From Dehalococcoidia bacterium (GTDB lineage Bacteria > Chloroflexota > Dehalococcoidia > Lucifugimonadales > UBA3495), in NCBI GenBank assembly GCA_965261355.1, contig OZ253464.1:1561254-1625253 (forward strand): a stretch of 64,000 nt of DNA, read 5' to 3'. The translations under genes were made by a program, and so were the position numbers. Of this stretch, positions 54,713 to 64,000 are shown piece after piece. The notes under the pieces were generated by a model. That model worked only from the letters and a program-made list of their open reading frames with translations. It did no database searches and was not told the DNA's origin. How positions within the stretch are numbered: the first letter of the stretch is position 1; each line of letters starts with the position of its first letter.

Positions 54713-55633
54713 ATGCGTCGTTATCTGTTAATCCGTGTTTTCCATAGCTTCATTACTCTACTGGTGGTGAGTTTCCTTGTGTTCGGCATGGGGAGGCTTT
54801 CCGGGAACCCTCTGGATATCCTGCTGCCGGAGGACGCGACCCAGGAACAGTACGACCGGCTGAACCAGCGCTGGGGCTTCGACAGGCCCATAGTCGTCCA
54901 GTACTGGAAGTTCATACAGAACGCCCTGAAAGGCGACCTCGGCGACTCGCTGGTAAAACCGGACTCAGCAATGGAACTGGTAGCGGAGCGGTTGCCGGCG
55001 ACTATTCAGCTGGCCATCTTCTCGCTCGCCATCAGCACTATCATCGCAGTGCCCATCGGCGTACTGGCCGCGGTAAAAAGGGACACCCCGCTCGACTACT
55101 TCGGCAAGATAATTGCCCTGCTGGGCCAGTCTGTGCCATCGTTCTGGCTGGGGCTGATGTTGATGTGGGTGTTTGCAGTCCAATTGGGCTGGTTACCCGC
55201 GTCGGGAAGAGGCACCATCAAACACATGATAATGCCCGCAATAGCGCTGGGCTGGTTCCAGGTGGCAGCTGTAATGCGACTGTTGCGCTCTTCAATGCTT
55301 GACGTGCTGGATTCTGAGTACGTCAAAATGGCGCGAATCAAGGGACTGCCAGAAGGGAAGGTAATTTGGAAGCATTGCCTTCGGAACGCCGCCATAGGCC
55401 CTCTCACTTATTACGGCGTTATTGCAGGGATCCTGTTGACCGGCTCCGTCATTACCGAGCAGGTATTCCAATGGCCCGGTACCGGGCTGCTCGCCATAGA
55501 AGCAGTGCGGAATCGGGATTTTCCTGTGTTGCAGGCGGTGATAATCGTTTTTGCCGGCATATTCGTGGCATGCAATCTAATCGTTGACATCCTTTACGCC
55601 TATCTTGACCCCCGAATTCGCTACTCTACATAG
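54713..55633 (+). CDS. ABC transporter permease (DppB/OppB-like)
   Basis: 306 aa with the typical N-terminal MRRYLLIRVFHSFITLLVVSFLVF and an EAA-loop region. Confidence 0.85.
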   Translation: MRRYLLIRVFHSFITLLVVSFLVFGMGRLSGNPLDILLPEDATQEQYDRLNQRWGFDRPIVVQYWKFIQNALKGDLGDSLVKPDSAMELVAERLPATIQLAIFSLAISTIIAVPIGVLAAVKRDTPLDYFGKIIALLGQSVPSFWLGLMLMWVFAVQLGWLPASGRGTIKHMIMPAIALGWFQVAAVMRLLRSSMLDVLDSEYVKMARIKGLPEGKVIWKHCLRNAAIGPLTYYGVIAGILLTGSVITEQVFQWPGTGLLAIEAVRNRDFPVLQAVIIVFAGIFVACNLIVDILYAYLDPRIRYST

Positions 55634-55666
55634 CGCAATGCCTCAGACTAATAAAAGAGATATCGG

Positions 55667-56560
55667 ATGGATGTGATCTTAGCCCCCGCGAGACCTTGGT
55701 ATGCGCCCGGACGGTTGTTGTCCATAGTAACCGGAAGTCGCAGGTTGCCATGGATATCAATATCATTGATCCTGATTCTTCTGGTGATCCCTGCAGCTTT
55801 TGCAGACGTGATTGCGCCCCATGGACCCAAGGACGGGGGTCTGCCCAAACGATACCTGCCTCCCGTATGGGATGGCGGCACCAGCGAGCATATCCTTGGC
55901 ACCGACCGACTGGGAAGGGACATCTTGAGCCGCATCATCCACGGAGCGCGCGTCTCCGTGAAGGTGTCGTTGATAGGTATATCAATGGGCGGGTTCATTG
56001 GGATCGCTCTGGGGCTGGTCGCGGGCTACTTCGGAGGCAAATTCGACCTGCTGATCATGCGGCTGGTGGACATCACACTTTCCATACCGAGCATCCTGTT
56101 CGCCCTGGTGCTGGCGGCAGCGATAGGGCCCGGGTTGAGCACCGTATTGATTGTGATCTGCTACATACTATGGGCTTACTACGCGCGCCAGGTCAGGGGC
56201 GAGGTGCTTAGCATCCGCGAACAGGACTACATCTCCCGGGCGCGGGTGACGGGCGCCTCTGACTATCGCATCATTACCCGCCACATTCTTCCCAATGTGA
56301 TAAATACCATCATCGTCCTCGCTACGTTGCAGATCGGATACGTGATACTTCTGGAAGCATCCTTGAGTTTTCTCGGCGTCGGCATTCAGCGGCCTGAACC
56401 AGCCTGGGGGCTGATGGTGGCTGACGGCAGGGAAGTGATTGTCACATTCTGGTGGGTGTCGCTTTTCCCGGGGCTCGCCATCATGTTGACAGTGTTGGCC
56501 CTCAACCTGCTGGGGGACTGGCTGCGCGACCGCCTCGATCCGAAGTTGCGGCAGATCTAG
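55667..56560 (+). CDS. ABC transporter permease (DppC/OppC-like)
   Basis: 297 aa; HILGTDRLGRDILSRIIHGARVS is typical of the family. Confidence 0.85.
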   Translation: MDVILAPARPWYAPGRLLSIVTGSRRLPWISISLILILLVIPAAFADVIAPHGPKDGGLPKRYLPPVWDGGTSEHILGTDRLGRDILSRIIHGARVSVKVSLIGISMGGFIGIALGLVAGYFGGKFDLLIMRLVDITLSIPSILFALVLAAAIGPGLSTVLIVICYILWAYYARQVRGEVLSIREQDYISRARVTGASDYRIITRHILPNVINTIIVLATLQIGYVILLEASLSFLGVGIQRPEPAWGLMVADGREVIVTFWWVSLFPGLAIMLTVLALNLLGDWLRDRLDPKLRQI

Positions 56561-56981
56561 CGCGGCAGATGGACTAGAGAGGCGGCCGGGCCATGGAGCT
56601 TACAGTCATCTCGTCAGAGAAGACGTGCTCCTCCCAGGTATCGTACTCTTGGAGGGTGTGGAGCTGGGTCTCCAGGGGGCGGGTGGTGGCGTAGGTCTTG
56701 CCGAGCCATACGCGGCCATAGGTTACGGGGCCGGAAGCGGCCCTTGTCCGCAGCTAGAGTCGGGATGGCCTCATTTCCGCTGTGATACGAACGAGAGTTC
56801 AGTCGATTGCGGTACACAAAATGGTACACAGTGAGTTGTAATTCCCATCTGGAAATCGAACTCACTGTCAGTAGCATTCACCCGGACCGTGACCGCCCCG
56901 GAGCCTACTCTGATGACAGCGGCTTGATGCTTAGGGTGGACAAGTCCATCATGGCTCGCGCGGGCAGACCTGCACCCAGCC

Positions 56982-58229
<1,248 letters not shown>

Positions 58230-58271
58230 GCCCCAACGGATCGATACCAGTCCCGATATAGAGGCAGAAGC

Positions 58272-58412
58272 ATGCCCCAGCGAATCCTGAGAACCTTCGC
58301 CTCGATCACCGTACTGGTACTCGTCCTGACCGGATGCCAAGAGCCACAGGCAAGCGGGCAGGTATGTATACCCACAGCTGTCAATAGCAACTGGGGATTG
58401 ACCCGGTTGTAG
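58272..58412 (+). CDS. small putative lipoprotein or 5' fragment of one
   Basis: ATG at 58272 follows GAGG. MPQRILRTFASITVLVLVLTGCQ is a signal peptide plus lipobox. Only 46 codons. Confidence 0.3.
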   Translation: MPQRILRTFASITVLVLVLTGCQEPQASGQVCIPTAVNSNWGLTRL

Positions 58413-59033
58413 TGTTGTTGTCCAGCGAAAATGTCCGCCCAAGTGCTCATGGAAAATGTCCGCTAAAACAAAGTAGGGGCCGAAAGCCCTGGCCATGATG
58501 GCCGCGGCACCCGAACTGTAATAAGCAACGGCGTGGAACACTCCCACCGGGCGGAGACGCAGAGGACCCAGCACTTGGCCAAGGAGCTGCAACCGTTGCG
58601 GCCCGCCCGTCGAGGCGATGCTGACTTGGGGTGGACAGCAGGTGGAGATTCGCACAACCGGTCTTCTGACTGCCCGACGTAACCCGAGGGACGGAACGGA
58701 CCCCGTCTCCCAGCCGTTGACGACCAAAGACAAAAACGCTACTTCCAACGCTACTTCCAAGGAGTAATTACCACCGTCCGCTGGACTGTGGCTCAGGCCC
58801 TTCCCCCGGGCAGGTCGTTTTTGCCATCAGCGCTCGCACGGGGCACAGCCAGCCACTGGCACCGGCACCGGCAGATTCGAACCGGGCTCCAGGCGGGTCA
58901 ACCGGCCGGGTCATTAACTCCACCGTGCCAGGTGCGGAGGCAGGTAATTCCCGGCGAGTGCTAGAATGCGGACACGCCCCGCCACCGAGGCCCAGCAAAC
59001 ACAGGGCCCAACAAACGCAGGAACTGGAGCGAG

Positions 59034-60289
59034 ATGAGAACGCTACGCCTCTTCCTGAGCGTCTTTGCCCTAGCGAGAATTTTTCCGTTGCTGCTTCTGG
59101 CCTGCGGCGGCTCCGATGAGCCGACGGATGGGCCCCCTCGGAACGGGCCACCCCCAAGCCCACGATGGCGCAGACCTCGCACGAAACGGACCGGGAAGCG
59201 CTGATCGCCCTCTATAACGCCACCGGCGGCCCCGATTGGAGGATCAATAGGAACTGGCTGACCGACGAGCCCATTTATTCTTGGCATGGTGTCACTACCA
59301 GTGATGACAGGTGACCGTCATAGCGCTCCCGGCCAACAGGCTGACCGGCGAGTTGCCGCCGGAGTTGGGGGATTTATCCCGCCTGGAAGAACTGTACCTC
59401 GGCGTCAATCAATTGACCGGGAAGATACCCCCTGTATTGGGCAACCTCACAAATCTGACAGCGATTGACCTTACCAGTAATCAGCTGACCGGCGAGTTGC
59501 CGCCGGAGCTGTGGGATTTATCAGACCTGAGACAACTGGACCTCGGCGAGAATCAATTGACCGGGGAAATACCCCCGGAATTGGGCAACCTCACAAGTCT
59601 GGCAGCGATTGACCTTACCCAGAATCAATTGACCGGCTGTGTGCCCGAGGGACTTGAGGGATTCGATTACGTAGGACTACCACCCTGCATTGCTCCTTTG
59701 GGCACTCTGCCCCGGACTCCCGCGGCCATGGTAGATGACGGTCCAACCCCCCCACCCAGGCAGGAGCCAACTGCCACGCCAGTACCGACGGCCAGGCCAA
59801 TTGTCACAACCAGTCCGACGGCTACGCCCAAGGCGACGAAATCCGCGCCAACCGCCACGCCTGCGTCCACACCAGCACCGGCGCGTGTTCCGGCGGCAAC
59901 GCCCATGCCTACCGCCACATATACACTCATGCCAACACCGACGCGCGTTCCAGCGCTAACGCCCATGCCTACCGCCACACCGGCGTCCGCGGCCCGGCCC
60001 ACTGGCACACCAGAGGAGGAATCTTCGATTTCGGCCTTCCCATGGTACCGTGATGGACTGCACGGGTACGAGATGCACGTCGCAAATGGCTTCAACACAT
60101 TGAACGCGAACACCCGTCCACAGCCCGGACCGTTCTGGACCTCCCATGGGTCGCGGACGGCCCGAATGACAGCGAAGCCAGAGTCCTCGCCAGTTTCATA
60201 CATATCCCTGAGAAAGACTCATCCATGCTCCAGCTCCTTGTGGGATTTCCGTGGTTTACCGACGGACTGACCGACATTGAGGCTGATGT
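59034..60289 (+). pseudogene. leucine-rich-repeat lipoprotein, frameshifted and 3'-truncated by IS1380-3
   Basis: MRTLRLFLSVFALARIFPLLLLACGG signal, then (after frame changes near 59150 and 59310) TDREALIALYNATGGPDW..NQLTGELPPELG 24-aa LRRs (track ORF 59311..60270) and a Pro/Thr-rich linker. Confidence 0.7.
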
Positions 60290-62030
60290 CTTAACCCCAA
60301 TCCACCGAAGAGATGAGGGTCGCGGCGTGGGGAAGGGGCAAGAAAGTGCTCCTTTGCATCTGGGATAATGGTTTTCGAGAAAGGAAACCGACCAGAAAAC
60401 AAGGAGCACCCAACAGATGCTACCACTTGAGCACCCCGACCGCATCCAAATCGCCTTCGACGACCACCGCCTGGTCAACAATGCTGGGCTGCTCCTTCCG
60501 GCCACTCTGGCCCAGCACGTGGGCCTGCGTGAACTCGTTGACCGTCACCTCGACCTCGGGGATGCGCCGGGGCGGGCGAACGCGGGAGACAAGCTGCTGA
60601 CGCTGGTGGCCTCGGCGCTGGCGGGCGGCGACTGCATTGACGACGCCGATGCGCTGCGTGCGGGGCGGACCTCCTCGGTACTGGGGTGCATGGTCAAGGC
60701 GCCCTCCACCCTGGGGACGTTCCTGCGCAGCTTCCGGTGGGGCCATGTCCGCCAGCTGGACCGGGTGAGCCGGGAGCTGCTGGCCCAGGCCTGGGCCGCC
60801 GGGGCGGGACCCGGCGACGGGCCGCTGACCATCGACCTGGACTCCACCATCTGCGAGACCTACAGGTGGCCCAGGAGGGGGCGCGACACCATGGCTACAC
60901 TGGCAAGCGGGGCTATCACCCGCTCCTCGCCGTGGCCGCCGGAACCGGCGACGTGCTGATGTGCCGGCTGCGCGAGGGCTGCGCGAGGGCCGCGCCAACG
61001 CCGCTCGGGGCGCCGCCCACATCCTGAGTGAGACCGTGGGACGGGTGCGCCATGCTGGAGCCAAGGGGCAACTCACGGTGCGGGCCGACAGCGGGTTCTA
61101 TGCCCACGCCATCGTCGCCGTCTGCCGCAAGATGGATGTCCGCTACTCCATCACCATCCGCCAGCGCGCCAGCCTGCGCAATCTCATTGAAGCCATACCC
61201 GAGGAAGCCATACCCGAGGCGGACTGGACGCCCATCCCTTACTGGATGGACGGTGCCGCCGACGTGGCCGAGACCGCTTACACTCCCTTCAGGAGCAAGC
61301 CTGACGCCGCGCCGGTGCGGCTCATCGTCCGGCGGGTGAAGCCCACGCCCGGTTCCCAGCTGGCCCTCTTCGCCAGCTACAGCTATCACGGCTTCATCAC
61401 CGACCGGACTGGGGATACCCTGGAGCTGGAGGCCGACCATCGCCGCCACGCCGAGGTCGAGAACGCCATCCGAGACCTCAAGTACGGCGTGGGCCTCAAT
61501 CATCTCCCATCCGGCCGCTTCGCCGCCAACGGTGCCTGGCTGGCGATACAGGTGATGGCCCACAACCTGGCCCGTTGGGCAGCACGCATCGGTCTGGGCG
61601 AGCAACTGGTGAACACCAAGACCCTGCGGCGACGCTTCTTCTCTATGGCCGGACGGCTTACCCGCAAGGCGCGCAGACTCACTTTGCATCTTCCCCGAGG
61701 CTGGCCCGGGGCTGGCCCTGGGCTGAGCAGGCCACTCTCGCCCTGGCCCGACTGCGGGCCATCCCACTCCCAGCCTGACGGCGCTATCCGCAACCGACCC
61801 AAGGCCTCCAAACTCGCGTCCGCCCGGTCTGCGAGTGCATCCTGCTGCGTCCGGTATCACTATCACGCGATTCCCAGCCTCCATAGACCGCTCTCCAGGC
61901 CCGGTGAGGCTACTGAAAACCCTCTGCCCTGTCACATCGGTCCCAATGGAGCCCAGGCTTTCTCCGCTGTATGCTCCTCCATCCCAATTTGCTCAGCCTT
62001 CACGCCTCCCATCGGTGGATTCGGGCTTAG
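60290..62030 (+). mobile_element. IS1380-family copy 3, decayed
   Basis: Left IR CTTAACCCCAATCCACCGAA (60290-) and right end ..CGGTGGATTCGGGCTTAG (to 62030). Confidence 0.8.
60417..61778 (+). pseudogene. IS1380-family transposase with several frameshifts and tandem duplications
   Basis: Parts lie in track ORFs 60417..60959, 60961.. and 61575..61778. There is an 11-bp duplication TGCGCGAGGGC (60969-60990), a 15-bp in-frame duplication (61189-61218, EAIPEEAIPE) and 1-nt indels. Confidence 0.8.
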
Positions 62031-63109
62031 TAAACCCGTCTCACGAGAACGAGGCGGCGGCCATCATCCGCGAGGAAGCGCCGGAACTGCGCCTGTGCCT
62101 GTGTCACGAGAACGGGCGCATGGGGCTGCTGGAACGAGAGAACGCCGCGACGCTCAACGCCTGCCTCGGCGACATGGCCGCCCTGACCATCCGAGGCATC
62201 GGAGAGGCGCCGCAGTCGCTGGGGATCACGGCTCCACTCTTCATGAGCCAGAACGACGGCACGCTGATGGACAGGGAGTTTGCGGCGCGTTTCCCCGTCC
62301 TCACCATCTCGTCCGGCCCGACCAACAGCATGCGAGGGGCGGCGTGGCTGTCGGGGGTGCGCGACGGCATAGTGGTGGACGTGGGCGGCACCTCCACCGA
62401 CGTCGGCGCGCTGGTCAAGGGCTTTCCTCGCGAAGCCGCGGTTGCCATCCAGCTCGCCGGTGTGCGCACCAACTTCCGCATGCCGGATATGGTGTCCATA
62501 CCACTGGGCGGCGGGACCGTCGTGGAACCGGACCCGCTGCGCATCGGACCGGAAAGCGTGGGCTACCGGCTGACGGAGCAGGCTCTGGTTTTCGGAGGCA
62601 ACACCCTCACGGCCACCGACCTCGCCGTCGCCGACGGAAGGGCGGACATTGGCGACCCGCACCTCACGGAAGGACTGGCCCCTTCACTGGTCGCTGACGT
62701 GATGGCTGAGATCCTAAGTCGCGTGGAAACGGCGATCGATCGTGTGAAGCTGAGCGGCGGCGACGTACCTGTAGTCCTGGTTGGCGGCGGCAGCATCCTG
62801 CTGGAGGACAACCTCGCGGGGGCGTCCGAGGTGCTGCGACCGGAGCATGCCGATGTCGCCAACGCCATCGGCGCGGCCATCGCGCAGGTCGGCGGGCAGG
62901 TGGAGCGCGTCTACTCACTGGAGCAAACCTGGCGGGAGCAGGCGGTGGCCGACTGCTCCGCCGCCGCCGTGGAGCGGGCCGTCGCCGCCGGGGCGGACCG
63001 GGCAACCGTCGAGGTGGTCGAGATCGACGAGGTGCCGCTGGCCTACGTTCCCAGCAACGCCACTCTCGTGCGCGTCAAGGCCGTCGGCGACCTGTCTGTA
63101 CCGGCCTAG
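62031..63109 (+). pseudogene. hydantoinase/oxoprolinase-family protein, 5'-truncated by IS1380-3
   Basis: From ..SHENEAAAIIREEAP.. on, the sequence is family-like (SSGPTNSMRGA, DVGGTSTDV, GGGSILL). Upstream residues of track ORF 61835..63109 are IS sequence. Confidence 0.7.
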
Positions 63110-64000
63110 GAGCCCGTCCGAGAAACAGGGTTGGCGAGCCGTTGGGGGTATGATGGAGCGGAGCATCAGACGAGCGGAGCGGTCAATGAGCAAGACCTAC
63201 CTTCCCTACGATCCGGACCAGCAGTTGCTGCTGCCAGCGGGCCTCCAGGAATGGCTGCCCGAGGACCATCTGGCCTATTTCATCTTCGACGCGGTGGACC
63301 AGTTGGACCTCTCGGACATCACCGCCCGCTACGAGGGGGAAAGGCGGGGCGGCCCTCCCTACCATCCCAGGATGATGGTGAAGGCGCTGCTTTACGGCTA
63401 CTGCACCGGTGTGGCCTCCTCCCGTCGCATCGCCCAGAGGCTGCACGAGGACATCGCCTTCCGGGTGCTGGCGGCCAACAACACGCCGGACTTCCGCACC
63501 GTCTCCGACTTCCGAAAGGACCATCTGGAGGCGTTGGGGGAGTTGTTCCTGCAGGTGCTGGAGTTGTGCCAGCAGGCAGGGCTGGTAAAGCTGGGGCACG
63601 TGGCCCTGGACGGGACCAAGGTGAGGGCCAATGCCTCAAAGCACAAGGCGATGAGCTACGGGCGGATGAAGGAGAGAGAGGAGCGGTTGCAGGCCGAGGT
63701 GGACGAGTTGCTCCGGAAGGCGCAGGAGGTGGACGAGGAGGAGGACCGCCGCTACGGGAAGGACAGGCCTGGGGATGAGTTGCCGGAGGAACTGGCCTTC
63801 CGGGAGGGACGGTTGCGGAAGATAAGGGAGGCCAAGGCGGCGCTGGAGGCCGAGGCAAGGGCGGAGGCGGAGCAGGCTGAGTCCGAAGGCCGCAATCACC
63901 CCGGGGTGCCTGATGACAAGGCGCAGCGGAACTTCACCGACCCGGACTCCCGGATCATACCTGGCCCGGGAGGGAGGGATTTCCAGCAGTCCTACAACTG
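63106..64000 (+). mobile_element. IS1182 type B copy 2 (runs off the window)
   Basis: CTAGGAGCCCGTCCGAGAAACAGGG matches the 27407 end of copy 1. Its CTAG overlaps the TAG stop at 63107-63109. Confidence 0.8.
63150..64000 (+). CDS. IS1182-family transposase, 5' part (open to the window end)
   Basis: MMERSIRRAERSMSKTYLPYDPDQQLLLP.. is uninterrupted through the site where copy 1 has its 1-nt deletion. Confidence 0.8.
   Translation, partial: MMERSIRRAERSMSKTYLPYDPDQQLLLPAGLQEWLPEDHLAYFIFDAVDQLDLSDITARYEGERRGGPPYHPRMMVKALLYGYCTGVASSRRIAQRLHEDIAFRVLAANNTPDFRTVSDFRKDHLEALGELFLQVLELCQQAGLVKLGHVALDGTKVRANASKHKAMSYGRMKEREERLQAEVDELLRKAQEVDEEEDRRYGKDRPGDELPEELAFREGRLRKIREAKAALEAEARAEAEQAESEGRNHPGVPDDKAQRNFTDPDSRIIPGPGGRDFQQSYN

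Noticed and set aside
56561-56981. Coding-like minus-strand frames (..VYHFVYRNRLNS.. and ..TYATTRPLETQLHTLQEYDTWEEHVF..)
   Set aside because: They are short, lie in different frames and in an order inconsistent with an rve C-terminus. No family could be assigned.
58737-58760. Tandem 12-bp repeat CGCTACTTCCAA x2
   Set aside because: Only two units with no spacers, so it is not a CRISPR array or a meaningful satellite.
61835-62030. N-terminal 65 codons of track ORF 61835..63109
   Set aside because: This part is the non-coding right end of IS1380-3 read in frame. The real hydantoinase-family sequence starts only after 62030.

Overview
High-GC (~60-65%) bacterial window in two parts; repeat and protein families hint at Chloroflexota, which is inference only. 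Bases 1-19.7 kb are an ordinary, mostly intact catabolic island for cyclic amide (hydantoin/oxoproline/lactam-type) breakdown. It holds a fused 1291-aa hydantoinase/oxoprolinase, a split hyuA/hyuB pair (hyuA carries an in-frame TAA), two PuuE-like polysaccharide deacetylases, and M20 amidohydrolase, RidA, LLM oxidoreductase, SDR, SnoaL-like, DinB, DUF1989 and chlorite-dismutase-family genes, followed by a divergent HxlR regulator and DMT transporter. From 20 kb to the end the window is an insertion-sequence graveyard: three IS1380 copies, two unrelated IS110-family elements, five IS630 copies of three types, two IS1182-like types, two IS21 copies plus a fragment, an rve-type IS, IS701, IS5, two MITEs and a solo inverted repeat. 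Many are nested or abutting, and most carry frameshifts, tandem duplications or truncations. Host genes here are mostly split or truncated (MFS transporter, SAM methyltransferase, LLM fragment, LRR lipoprotein, a third hydantoinase, recombinase fragments). A transglutaminase, a spermidine-synthase-like gene and an ABC substrate-binding protein with two permeases remain intact. The most interesting signal is in the two IS110-family elements. Each sits inside an IS1380 transposase ORF at a CT core, and each has a long 5' leader with stem-loops whose arms match its own flanks and termini, as expected for a bridge-type guide RNA. No rRNA, tRNA or CRISPR array was seen.
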